Counted from the first letter of the stretch, positions 1 to 9,197 are shown. The stretch: DNA of 31,781 nucleotides from Fidelibacterota bacterium (GCA_003645825.1 QNCQ01000001.1:1-31781), one strand, 5' to 3'. Notes: generated by a model from the letters alone, not told the origin. Made by a program: numbers and translations.

Positions 1-1184
1 CCAATCGAATCCTTAATATAGGGAAAAATAGAAGGCCACTCCTTTGTATCAAGATACTCCTTATACTGAAGGCTATCTATTGTAACCCCCGGCCTCACAA
101 ACGAATACCTATTCTCTATAAGAAAATACTCTCTATCGTTGATCGGTACTTTCCACACGGTTGTATCAGCACCAGATTCTGCGTGTTTCAACCGCACCAC
201 GACATCGCCCTCAGCTACGATAGGTTCCTCCCATCCCATATAAACTCTTTCCCAGGCGGAAGGGAGAGCAGGAACAAACCCGTTAAGATTCATCGAACCC
301 TGATCCATCAAGCCAAATTTCCCGATACCCGATTCACCCGTTTCCGTATTAAAAAGAGCTGGCAATCCGAGGTAAAAACCAAACATAAGAGCAAAAGTTC
401 CGTTCAGGGCAATCTGATACTCACACAAATCTTCATAACCGGCAAAGATATCTTTGCCCTCGGGATAAAGCAGATGATTCTGAGTCTCAGGGAGAATAAT
501 ACCCCTGTTTATTAATGTCTGCCCACTGTCAACAGGGACACCTTTTGAATAAGGAAAAACTTCGCTTGAGACCTCCTCAAAATTCGATGGTCCCAGATAA
601 ACAGAAGGAATATCAAAAGGGGTAGGATCAAGCGTGATATTGAAATCCTGGCCAACTCCCGCATGGAATACCACAACAAGGTCATATCTGGAAAAGTCAA
701 CATCTCCGTCAGCCAGTTTAACCGCATCCACAAAAAGTTCAACCAGCCTTATATCAATCGAATCCTCTTTGGAAAAAGGGTGATAGTATGACATCTTATG
801 CGGAAGTACATATACGCTGTCATCTTCCACCGGAAAAACCTCGGAATTCAGAGTATCAATTATCAGTCTCCCATGCGATGCATGATAGTAATAGTTCGAA
901 AGAGCTCTGATATGATCCTTGAAGTATTCTCTGTTATGAGGAGGAGGGTCAACAACAAACCCACAATCTATATTGCTCTCTTTGAGAAATCTACCATCTC
1001 CAGTAGTTCCTTTTTCATTATCGGGGATAAACTCCACCCGCAATGCACAAATCTTCACTGTTCCGGTACTCTTAACCGAACCCGCTTCTCCTACCATAAC
1101 AAATGGTTTGAGTAACTCACCCGATTCCGAACTCCAAACTGACGCACATAGAAACATCAAAAAAATAAAACCATACCTTTTCAT
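1..1184 (-). CDS. Secreted immune-inhibitor-A/M6 metallopeptidase-like protein, 3'-partial (runs off the left edge); zinc motif degenerate
   Basis: Translated by hand; absent from the ORF track because no stop lies in the window. ATG at 1184 with GGAG upstream; open frame to base 3: MKRYGFIFLMFLCASVWS (signal peptide), KICALRVEF, VVVFHAGVGQD, GTFALMFGFYLGLPAL, GIGKFGLMDQGS, EYFLIENR, the M6/InhA motif order. Confidence 0.8.
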   Translation of the reverse strand, partial: MKRYGFIFLMFLCASVWSSESGELLKPFVMVGEAGSVKSTGTVKICALRVEFIPDNEKGTTGDGRFLKESNIDCGFVVDPPPHNREYFKDHIRALSNYYYHASHGRLIIDTLNSEVFPVEDDSVYVLPHKMSYYHPFSKEDSIDIRLVELFVDAVKLADGDVDFSRYDLVVVFHAGVGQDFNITLDPTPFDIPSVYLGPSNFEEVSSEVFPYSKGVPVDSGQTLINRGIILPETQNHLLYPEGKDIFAGYEDLCEYQIALNGTFALMFGFYLGLPALFNTETGESGIGKFGLMDQGSMNLNGFVPALPSAWERVYMGWEEPIVAEGDVVVRLKHAESGADTTVWKVPINDREYFLIENRYSFVRPGVTIDSLQYKEYLDTKEWPSIFPYIKDSI

Positions 1185-1265
1185 TTTAAAATTTTCTCCA
1201 CGAAGCCTTTATACCTTTTCTCTATTATATTTATTTAGCAACCGTTTCAATAAAAGGTTCGTACC

Positions 1266-2501
1266 CTAAAATTTTATGTTAAGCGAGAATAACATTGTAT
1301 TTTGCCTGGGATGCCCTGGATCTCCCGAAGTATAACCAAAGTCAAACGACATTCCAGCATACTTCAATCCTATACCAAAAGTTGGGACCGGATATTTCCC
1401 TTTCATAACGATTTTACCAGCTTTGTCATACAGGAAACCCACTCTCAAAGCAAACATTTCGGAATACCAATACTCGACACCAAAATTATGAACAATAGAC
1501 TCAAGCTCCTTCTTCAAAGACCCATCATGAGTATTGCCATCCTCATCTTTCTCTCCGATACCATCAGCACTCGAATCATAGAGCAAAAGCCAGTCATCTA
1601 TCCAGGATGTAAAAATCCCAATATACCAGGGATCAGAATATTCCGTTTCACGTCTCCCATCCTTATTGTACATTCCTCCTTTTTTGGGTCTACCGTTTTT
1701 ATCATATCCTCCTATCTTACCATCACCATCAATATCCCTGGCCGGGTAGGAAGCAACCAGAAGCTTGTTCATATCATACGCAATAGTAATTTTGTTATAT
1801 TTATCTCCCATCGTATAGCTGATCCCCATCTTCAGGTTGGTTGGCATGGGATCAGCCTGATTCGCGTCTATAAAAGCTATCTTTGGACCGATATTCGATA
1901 TCGCTAAGCCAAAATTCATATTATCCAAAATAAATTTTTTCTTTATATAGCCAAAATCAAAACCAATATTTGTAGAGTACCCTTTACCTTTCTCTGCTCC
2001 GGCAAGAATATCCGTAAGATGCTGATGTATTAGTTTTACACTAACTCCAATAGCATCATATTTACTTAGCTGAGAACCATAAGAGAGTGTCACTGCAATC
2101 ATATAGGAAGCGAACGTTCCCAGATAGTTTGCCCTTTCGTCCATCGCTATCTGCTCACCAAGATTCATCATGACCACATGTCCACCAAATGTTCCCCAGT
2201 ACCTTACATGATAGTAAGCTCCTATAAAATCGTAATATATATCAGAAGCAAGATTTGGCAACCAGTTTGTATGCATCAATCCAATTTCTTTTCCCCGAAG
2301 GAAACCAAGCCCCGCCGGGTTCCAGTAACTTGCATAGGCATCATTGGCTATAGCTACACCTGCTTCCCCCATCCCATCTGCTCTTGCACCAGGATTAATT
2401 AAGAGCCATATAGCACCGGCCTGGCTCTGAGCCATGACATGAGCAACATTTATTAGTACAAATACCAATGCAATGATAAAAATCACTCTCGAGCGACCCA
2501 T
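1266..2501 (-). CDS. porV: PorV/PorQ-family outer-membrane beta-barrel (T9SS PorV-like)
   Basis: WLLINPGARADGMGEAGVA, YWNPAGL, H-x-x-WL, NIGPKI, PTNLKMG, YDMNKLLV, GVEYWY, FDFGY and C-terminal F match PorV. Start placed at ATG 2501 (GGAGG just upstream, signal peptide follows) rather than 2537. Confidence 0.85.
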   Translation of the reverse strand: MGRSRVIFIIALVFVLINVAHVMAQSQAGAIWLLINPGARADGMGEAGVAIANDAYASYWNPAGLGFLRGKEIGLMHTNWLPNLASDIYYDFIGAYYHVRYWGTFGGHVVMMNLGEQIAMDERANYLGTFASYMIAVTLSYGSQLSKYDAIGVSVKLIHQHLTDILAGAEKGKGYSTNIGFDFGYIKKKFILDNMNFGLAISNIGPKIAFIDANQADPMPTNLKMGISYTMGDKYNKITIAYDMNKLLVASYPARDIDGDGKIGGYDKNGRPKKGGMYNKDGRRETEYSDPWYIGIFTSWIDDWLLLYDSSADGIGEKDEDGNTHDGSLKKELESIVHNFGVEYWYSEMFALRVGFLYDKAGKIVMKGKYPVPTFGIGLKYAGMSFDFGYTSGDPGHPRQNTMLFSLNIKF

Positions 2502-2519
2502 TCTTTTCCTCCCACTAAC

Positions 2520-2552
2520 AAAAAACCGAATGCCCAACCCCTAACATTCGGC
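2520..2552 (-). terminator. Intrinsic-terminator-like hairpin in the porV 5' leader
   Basis: Minus strand reads GCCGAATG-N12-CATTCGGT followed by a T run, ending about 20 nt before the porV ATG. Confidence 0.5.
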
Positions 2553-2634
2553 CACTATAAGCTCTTTTAACGGTTCTTTTACACTCAGCCTAATAACAAG
2601 CCTTAGATACAACCTCCGGCAAAAAACCTAGAAG

Positions 2635-2663
2635 AAATTACCAGTTTTTTTCTCAACAATCAA
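2635..2663 (-). promoter_or_regulatory. Predicted sigma70-type promoter of porV
   Basis: TTGATT-N17-TAATTT on the minus strand, about 130 nt upstream of the ATG. Confidence 0.45.
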
Positions 2664-2823
2664 GTAGAATTGAAAGAACGGCAAATCTGCTAAACTCTGC
2701 ATTGGAACTTTAAAAGATAAGCACTAGATAAGATTTTTCTCCGTGCTGGTGTTAATTCCGGAAGATGTACACACTAAGTCTTCAACACAATTTTATTGGC
2801 ACGCCAGGCATTCTCTTTACTAT

Positions 2824-2852
2824 TTGCAATTGCCCCATAGAAGAATTAAATT
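2824..2852 (+). promoter_or_regulatory. Predicted sigma70-type promoter of mltB
   Basis: TTGCAA-N17-TAAATT. Confidence 0.45.
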
Positions 2853-2886
2853 TAGGCGATTTTTGAGCCTACCTTTTAGGCAGAGC

Positions 2887-2902
2887 TGTGATTTAAATCA
2901 AA
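2887..2902. promoter_or_regulatory. CRP/FNR-family-like operator
   Basis: TGTGA-TTTAAA-TCAAA containing the perfect 12-bp palindrome TGATTTAAATCA; one mismatch to both CRP (TGTGA-N6-TCACA) and FNR (TTGAT-N4-ATCAA) consensus. Confidence 0.4.
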
Positions 2903-2993
2903 TCTTTCCAAGGCCTCACTAAAAACGTGACAACAAACAAGTAGAAAGTAAAATCTTTTTATTAGAATTAGGAGTCAAACTGAAAGCAGTGAT

Positions 2994-3899
2994 ATGCGTA
3001 GTAATAAGAAGCTAATACATAAAATAAAAGTTTTAATATTAATAGCCTTTGGGATGTATCTCATACTTCTGAGACCTTCCCAAGTGAAAAGGGAAAAAAC
3101 AGTAAAACCAGAGTTTCAGAGCCTTGTGGTGTATCTGAAAGAGCAGGGTTTTCCCGAAGACACCATAAAGGCCATTTTCTCTGACCCCCGGGTGGAATTC
3201 TACGAGCAGGTAATTTACCAGAATCTGTCAAGAGAAGTTCTCTCGCCTGTTTCTCACCCTTATCGTGATCGAGTACCTGTGTATGAGATAGAAGATTTCA
3301 TGAAAGAGTACAGATCCTACCTTGACCTGGCGGAGAAGAAATATGGTGTAGATAGAGAGACAATCGTGGCTGTTCTCTTTACCGAAACCAAGCTCGGCAG
3401 AATACTGGGGAGATATCCTGTGTTTAATGTTTTGAGCTCCCTGGCAGTAGCCGGGAACGAGGAAAACCTGCGTAGAATAGAAAACTATGTACATATAAAG
3501 TATCATTACCTTGATTATGATTCAAGAATAGGTGTGATCAAAAGGCTGCAGGAAAGAGCAAAGAAAAAAAGTAAGTGGGCAAAGAACGAGCTCGCTTCTC
3601 TTATAAGGCTTCATCTTACAACCAATATAGATGCTCTTTCTCTTGTGGGATCATATGCTGGAGCATTTGGACTTCCGCAATTCATGCCTTCCAGTTTTCT
3701 AAAGTTTGGAGTTGATGGGGACAAAGACGGTGAGATTGATTTGTTTTCTTTTCCTGATGCCATAATGAGCGTCGCGAACTTTCTGAGCAGGGCTGGGTGG
3801 GGAAATCACTACCTAAGCCAGAGAAGAGCTCTCCTTAGATATAATTACAGCAGGGTTTATGTGTCAAAAGTTTTGAATTTAGCCTCACTGTTGAGATAA
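2994..3899 (+). CDS. mltB: Lytic murein transglycosylase, MltB/SLT_2 family
   Basis: N-terminal anchor; catalytic LFTETKLG; GSYAGAFGLPQFMPSS; EF-hand VDGDKDGEIDL; SVANFL; YNYSRVY. Confidence 0.9.
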   Translation: MRSNKKLIHKIKVLILIAFGMYLILLRPSQVKREKTVKPEFQSLVVYLKEQGFPEDTIKAIFSDPRVEFYEQVIYQNLSREVLSPVSHPYRDRVPVYEIEDFMKEYRSYLDLAEKKYGVDRETIVAVLFTETKLGRILGRYPVFNVLSSLAVAGNEENLRRIENYVHIKYHYLDYDSRIGVIKRLQERAKKKSKWAKNELASLIRLHLTTNIDALSLVGSYAGAFGLPQFMPSSFLKFGVDGDKDGEIDLFSFPDAIMSVANFLSRAGWGNHYLSQRRALLRYNYSRVYVSKVLNLASLLR

Positions 3900-5426
3900 T
3901 TTTTCATAGCTGGGTATTAAAGTAAAATCTATATTCCCTCTTTCAAATTTGAAGAAGAATTTTCTGTTTCCCCATACTACAACAAGATTAAGAAAAGAAT
4001 TTGTCCTGCCATGAAAAGTAAAAGTGTTTCCGGCGCTCCTCTTAACCTCGATGGAGACAATGTTATCCCCAAAATGGAGATTTTTAATCCCCCATCTCTT
4101 CATTCTTGAAGGCAGACGAATAAAGAGCTTATCTTCAGGAGCTGACGGAACGAAGCCCATTAGATGCTCGATCACCATAGATATAGCAGCGAGTCCGACA
4201 AAGCTTGACACCTCGGAGCTGCAAAAGCATTCGTTTTTCCAGTCTGTGGCAGGAGCTACAAAGTCCGGGGAGTAAGCTTCCCACACTTTTCCTCTTCCTG
4301 CGGAGGGATTTTCTCCCGCATACACCCTGCAAATTACCTCTATTAACCGCCATGCAATTTCCCTTGATAAAGAGTAGTACCCGTATTCAGATAAGGAGTT
4401 TATCAGCATATAAACGATAGAAGGCCATACAGCACCCCGCCAGTAAAACCCCTCCGAATGAAAAAAAGGTTCTGAAGCGGCAACTGAGGGAACCGAAAAT
4501 CGCCTGAGGAATTTTGTAGTATCTCTGAGAGCTGAAAGCAGGTATTCAAGTCTTTCTTCTTTAGCAACTCCCGCGATGATTGGCCAGAAACCAGATATTG
4601 TACGGCATCTTATAAAACGCCCTTTTTCGTCAACATTGTAATAAAATCCTGTTTCTGAATCCCACAAATATTCATTAATATTCCTGGAGATATTGTTGCA
4701 CTTTTCCTTGAAAAAAGCTTCTGCTTCTGCATCACCCACAATACGGGCTATTTTGGCCATATCTTTGGCAAATAGTGCCATCTGGGAGGAGATATCAACT
4801 CCAGCCCCTTCGCCATAATCACCGGATGGTAGGTTTATCATTCCTGAACCGAGAACGGAGTTTCTATACAGATCTACCCTCCTGCCTTTTAGATGTGTTG
4901 CACAGTTGCGATCAAGCCAATGAAAATACTTTTTAAGTACTTTGAACACCTTCTCCAGTCTCTGAGTGTCAGCGGTTACCTCAAAAAGTTTCAGCTCGGC
5001 CGTGGCAAACAGCGGGGGATGAATTAATAGCTCCTGTCGAGAAGGCTGATGCAGAGGTGTCCCATCTTTTACAAAGTAGACCCTTGCAATAAAACCGTCT
5101 TCCCTTTGCCCCCGATAGAATTGATCCAGAGTCTCTTTTATGAGAGATCTTCTGAAATGATAAACCCCGAAGAGAGCTGTGTATATAGTCTTATTCTGAA
5201 CAATAAAGTTCTCATCTGATAAAAGGACCCTTGTAGATTTTCCATTGACAGAGACATCAGTAATTTCGCTACGAAACAGGTGCCAGACGTGGTTGTAAAT
5301 TCGCTGGACCAATGGATAGTCAGGAATCTCTATCGTGGGATAGTCGGGGGATCTACAAGAACAGGTACTCAATGTTAAGAGAACAAGAAATAGAAATGTT
5401 ATTTTACCTAAATTTGAAGTGGACAC
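3885..5426 (-). CDS. GH63/MGH1-like (alpha/alpha)6 glycoside hydrolase-like lipoprotein; putative catalytic Asp replaced
   Basis: Lipobox-like LSTCSC; HPPLFA, LWDSETGFYY, YWRGAVWP and VWEAYSP motifs; SGMINLP where the family has SGMDNSP. Confidence 0.75.
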   Translation of the reverse strand: MSTSNLGKITFLFLVLLTLSTCSCRSPDYPTIEIPDYPLVQRIYNHVWHLFRSEITDVSVNGKSTRVLLSDENFIVQNKTIYTALFGVYHFRRSLIKETLDQFYRGQREDGFIARVYFVKDGTPLHQPSRQELLIHPPLFATAELKLFEVTADTQRLEKVFKVLKKYFHWLDRNCATHLKGRRVDLYRNSVLGSGMINLPSGDYGEGAGVDISSQMALFAKDMAKIARIVGDAEAEAFFKEKCNNISRNINEYLWDSETGFYYNVDEKGRFIRCRTISGFWPIIAGVAKEERLEYLLSALRDTTKFLRRFSVPSVAASEPFFHSEGFYWRGAVWPSIVYMLINSLSEYGYYSLSREIAWRLIEVICRVYAGENPSAGRGKVWEAYSPDFVAPATDWKNECFCSSEVSSFVGLAAISMVIEHLMGFVPSAPEDKLFIRLPSRMKRWGIKNLHFGDNIVSIEVKRSAGNTFTFHGRTNSFLNLVVVWGNRKFFFKFERGNIDFTLIPSYEKLSQQ

Positions 5427-5450
5427 TTTAACTTCTGCAGTAACCAGTAC

Positions 5451-6485
5451 TTATAGAGTCATTTCTTCAGCGATAAACCCTAAGCTCAAATAGTTTCCAT
5501 CGGGCTTTGTTCCGTAATCAAGGTCCACCTGGTACAAATCAAGCAGGTGTTTTAACCCTTCAAAAGTCCAGTCCAGATTAATCTTTTCTACAAAGCAACC
5601 TGTGTAAGTGTTTGAATCCAGCAGCACTTTTTCAATTGCGGATTCAACAAGCTCTTCAAGTGAAACACCATTGCTTGAAAAATTTATGTGTACCTTTCCA
5701 TCTTTATAACCTGTTTCAACTCGTATAAATCGATCCCCCTTATCTTCCACACTTTTAAAAATGATGTAGAAGAACGCAAGAAATATTTGCGAAAGGTCTA
5801 GAAATCTCCCCCTGACCATTCTGGGTAGGTTATTTAAAACCACCTCTTTTCTTATTTTATGCTTTACATAGGAGTTTGCATTCAGAAATTCCATGTTCAC
5901 TTTGATGATAATGTTAATGTCAATAGTCCCTTCTTCATTTTTCATTTCTTTTATGCTTTTCAGGCTAACATTATCAAAAATGTCCTGGATTTTTCTAATT
6001 TCAGTTATTAGAGAGGTCATCTGATCTGGTTCAATGCCCTTCATCTTCATTATCTGAATCTTGTTTAACACTACCGTCATAGGATTGCTAACGTTGTGAA
6101 TAATACCTGGAATACTACATCCCATAAAGGCAAAGCTTTTTATTTTCCTTTTTATATTGCTTAATGGTTCCAGGAAGGATAGTAAGTACAACTCTCCATT
6201 CTCTTCGACAGCAATAGTTCTAAAGACCACAGGAATTTTTTCTGAGTGTACGCTGCAGACCACCACACTTTCGGCATAAGAGTTCTTTAGAACTTCCTGA
6301 AGGTGTTCTTCAATAGCTGCTGCACTATCTCCAAACACCTCTGCGACTTCGGCGTACTCTCCCGATAGAGAAATTCCAAGCAGATTTTTTATCAGCTGGG
6401 AAATATGAACAACTTTTCCTTCTCTAAAAACAGCAAAAGGAATCTGTAGTTTATTAAAGAGCTCCAAAGGTATATTGAACTTCAT
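5451..6485 (-). CDS. PAS-like domain histidine kinase homolog with degenerate ATP-binding domain
   Basis: H-box GIIHNVSNPMT (H130); HATPase-like strand/helix order but N, G1 and G2 boxes not conserved; no TM segment evident. Confidence 0.7.
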   Translation of the reverse strand: MKFNIPLELFNKLQIPFAVFREGKVVHISQLIKNLLGISLSGEYAEVAEVFGDSAAAIEEHLQEVLKNSYAESVVVCSVHSEKIPVVFRTIAVEENGELYLLSFLEPLSNIKRKIKSFAFMGCSIPGIIHNVSNPMTVVLNKIQIMKMKGIEPDQMTSLITEIRKIQDIFDNVSLKSIKEMKNEEGTIDINIIIKVNMEFLNANSYVKHKIRKEVVLNNLPRMVRGRFLDLSQIFLAFFYIIFKSVEDKGDRFIRVETGYKDGKVHINFSSNGVSLEELVESAIEKVLLDSNTYTGCFVEKINLDWTFEGLKHLLDLYQVDLDYGTKPDGNYLSLGFIAEEMTL

Positions 6486-6569
6486 TCATAACTCCAAAAA
6501 GTCTTAAAGTTCGCTCCAATAAACTGCCCTTCTGCGTTCTATATTAAACAAAAACCTAATCTTTTCCAA

Positions 6570-6598
6570 TTTATATTTTGGGGACAACAAATTGACAA
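6570..6598 (-). promoter_or_regulatory. Predicted internal promoter for the HK-GH63 unit
   Basis: TTGTCA-N17-TATAAA on the minus strand in the 129-nt gap after rho. Confidence 0.4.
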
Positions 6599-6614
6599 AG
6601 GGAAAATTCGCTCT

Positions 6615-7898
6615 TCACTGATTCATTGTTTTCAGAAACTCCCTGTTATCCTTTGTTTTCTTCATTTTATCGATCAAAAACTCCATAGCTTCTATAGGGT
6701 TCATTTCGTTGAGAAGTTTTCTGAGTATCCACACCCTCTGGAGCTCCATGGGGGTCAGGAGCAATTCTTCCTTTCGGGTACCTGACCTGTTTATATCCAT
6801 AGCGGGAAAAATTCTTCGATCACTCAAACGTCTATCGAGCACGAGCTCCATATTACCAGTTCCTTTAAATTCCTCGAAAATCACATCATCCATCCTGCTA
6901 CCTGTATCGATAAGTGCAGTAGCAATAACAGTAAGGCTCCCCCCTTCTTCTATATTTCTGGCAGATCCAAAGAACCTTTTTGGTTTGTGTAAAGCATTTG
7001 CATCAATTCCACCTGATAGAATTTTACCACTGTGCGGTACGACAGCATTATGGGCCCTGGCAAGCCTTGTAATACTATCCAGGAGAATGACCACATGATA
7101 TTTCAATTCAACCATCCTTTTGGCTTTTTGGAGAACCATTTCCGCAACCTGGACGTGTCTTTCCGGAGGTTCATCAAAAGTAGAGCTAACAACTTCAGCC
7201 TTCACTGATCTTTCCATATCCGTTACTTCCTCAGGCCTTTCATCAATCAGCAGAACAATCAGAATTATTTCTGGATGGTTGGTTGTTATACTATTTGCAA
7301 TTTGCTGAAGAAGAGTAGTTTTGCCGGTTTTAGGCTGGGCTACTATCAGACCTCTCTGGCCTTTGCCAATAGGACACAACAAATCCATTATTCTCATCGA
7401 AATATTGTCAGAATCTACTTCTAATTTTATCCTATCCATAGGATACAGCGGGGTCAGGCTGTCGAACGGAGTACGATTTTTAACTACTTCCGGGTCCATC
7501 CAGTTAACCGCTTCAACTTTCAAAAGAGCAAAGAATTTTTCATTGTCCTTTGGAGGCCTTATTTCACCGGATACAATATGCCCTGTCTGAAGGCTGAAGC
7601 GTTTTATCTGCGATGGCGAAATATATATGTCATCTGGTCCAGGGAGGTAACTCTGCTTTTCGGATCGTAGAAATCCATACCCCTCGTCAGTTACCTCGAG
7701 TACCCCTGTAGCAAATAGTTTCCCACTGCGGAACGCTCTCGCTTCCAGAATCTTGACAGCCAACTCGTGCTTTCTTAGATCTCCTGAGCCATCGACTCCA
7801 TAGCGGTGAGCAAGTTCAATTAGCTCTTTTGTCTTCATTGAATGCAACTTTGCGATGGTAAGTTCATCTTCCATTTTATTTACTACCTCTTCTTTCAT
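6615..7898 (-). CDS. rho: Transcription termination factor Rho
   Basis: [71 protein letters not shown]. Alternative start at ATG 7874. Confidence 0.98.
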   Translation of the reverse strand: MKEEVVNKMEDELTIAKLHSMKTKELIELAHRYGVDGSGDLRKHELAVKILEARAFRSGKLFATGVLEVTDEGYGFLRSEKQSYLPGPDDIYISPSQIKRFSLQTGHIVSGEIRPPKDNEKFFALLKVEAVNWMDPEVVKNRTPFDSLTPLYPMDRIKLEVDSDNISMRIMDLLCPIGKGQRGLIVAQPKTGKTTLLQQIANSITTNHPEIILIVLLIDERPEEVTDMERSVKAEVVSSTFDEPPERHVQVAEMVLQKAKRMVELKYHVVILLDSITRLARAHNAVVPHSGKILSGGIDANALHKPKRFFGSARNIEEGGSLTVIATALIDTGSRMDDVIFEEFKGTGNMELVLDRRLSDRRIFPAMDINRSGTRKEELLLTPMELQRVWILRKLLNEMNPIEAMEFLIDKMKKTKDNREFLKTMNQ

Positions 7899-7913
7899 TG
7901 TTTCTAAACCCTC

Positions 7914-9197
7914 TCAAGGACAAATGTTAGGATTTCCAATGTTACTATACACATCCTGAGCAATATAATGACTCCCTAGAATAAGCAAGATCCCTTCCTT
8001 GTTTTGCACATAATCTTTTAGAAATGCCCCTAAATCTCCTGAGCTACAAAGAAGTTTCTGTTCACTCGTATACTTTTCAATCAGTTCTCTCAAGTCCCGA
8101 AAACTGTAGAACTCACTTGATTTTGCTATAATGTAAATGTTACCCCGTAAAATTGCAAGTAGTTTTCCTATATTTTTCACTCTTTTTGTTTTTTTTAGAG
8201 CAAGAACCACATCAATTTTTTCCTCGGGGAAAAGCTCTCTCATACTCCTGACGGTACTGGCAATACCCGATGTATTGTGTCCCACATCATAGAATATATA
8301 AGGATTTTTATGAACAATCTCAAGTCTTCCAGGCCACCTAACAGATTCAATGCCTCTCAGAAAAGACAACTTATCTATTTTTATCCCGAATCTTCTTTCA
8401 GCTGAACTTACTGCAACAAGTCCGGTAGCAAGGTTTTCAAGCTGATGCCTCCCATGAAGCGGATACTTTACTCCTTTGATGGTTGAATTATAAAAATGGA
8501 TATCCACTTTTTGATTGTCGATGCTGAAGTCGATTCGAGAAACCTTACAGTACATAGGGGCATAGCAAAACGAAATCCCTTCCTCGGTGCAGAATTCTGT
8601 TAGAAACTTCTTTACAATATGATGCTGTTTCCCTATGACACACTCTGCCCCTTTTTTTATTATCCCGGCTTTCTCCCGGGCAATGTCACGAACTTTCTTA
8701 CCGAGTTGTTTTTCATGGTCTTTTGATATACGAGTTATTACAACAACCCCTGGAGAAATGACATTTGTAGCATCCCATCTACCACCCATTCCGGTCTCAA
8801 CTACCGCAAAATCAACATCCATTTCTTTAAAATAGTAAAAAGAAAGAGCTGTTGTAACTTCAAAAAAGCTGGCCTCCATTTTATCTATCTCTTTTCTAGT
8901 TGAATTAATAAACTCAACAATAAAGTCATCGGGAATATAAACATCGTTTATACGTATCCTTTCGTTATACTTTGCAAGATGTGGAGAGGTATAAAGTCCC
9001 ACTCTATACCCGGCACTTTTGAGTATTGAGTACATCAGAGCGCAAGTGCTTCCCTTACCATTGGTTCCGGCAATGTGGATGAAATTTAACTTCTTTTCCG
9101 GGTTGCCAAGATACCTGAGGAGCGATTTTATCCTTTCCAGCCCTGGCTTTATCAGAGAGGGTTTCAAGTTGTAAATATATTTTTCTACCAGATTCAT
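7914..9197 (-). CDS. folC: Folylpolyglutamate/dihydrofolate synthase
   Basis: HIAGTNGKGST, GLYTSPHL, FFEVTT, VETGMGGRWDATN, IAREKAGIIK, WPGRLE, DVGHN. Confidence 0.95.
   Translation of the reverse strand: MNLVEKYIYNLKPSLIKPGLERIKSLLRYLGNPEKKLNFIHIAGTNGKGSTCALMYSILKSAGYRVGLYTSPHLAKYNERIRINDVYIPDDFIVEFINSTRKEIDKMEASFFEVTTALSFYYFKEMDVDFAVVETGMGGRWDATNVISPGVVVITRISKDHEKQLGKKVRDIAREKAGIIKKGAECVIGKQHHIVKKFLTEFCTEEGISFCYAPMYCKVSRIDFSIDNQKVDIHFYNSTIKGVKYPLHGRHQLENLATGLVAVSSAERRFGIKIDKLSFLRGIESVRWPGRLEIVHKNPYIFYDVGHNTSGIASTVRSMRELFPEEKIDVVLALKKTKRVKNIGKLLAILRGNIYIIAKSSEFYSFRDLRELIEKYTSEQKLLCSSGDLGAFLKDYVQNKEGILLILGSHYIAQDVYSNIGNPNICP

Noticed and set aside
183-1907. Plus-strand ORFs 183-515, 798-1115, 973-1269, 1302-1907 and minus ORF 512-742
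   Set aside because: They are antisense or out-of-frame shadows of the M6-like and porV genes with no recognisable motifs.
2502-2537. 12-aa N-terminal extension of PorV
   Set aside because: It overlaps the leader hairpin; the SD and signal peptide support ATG 2501.
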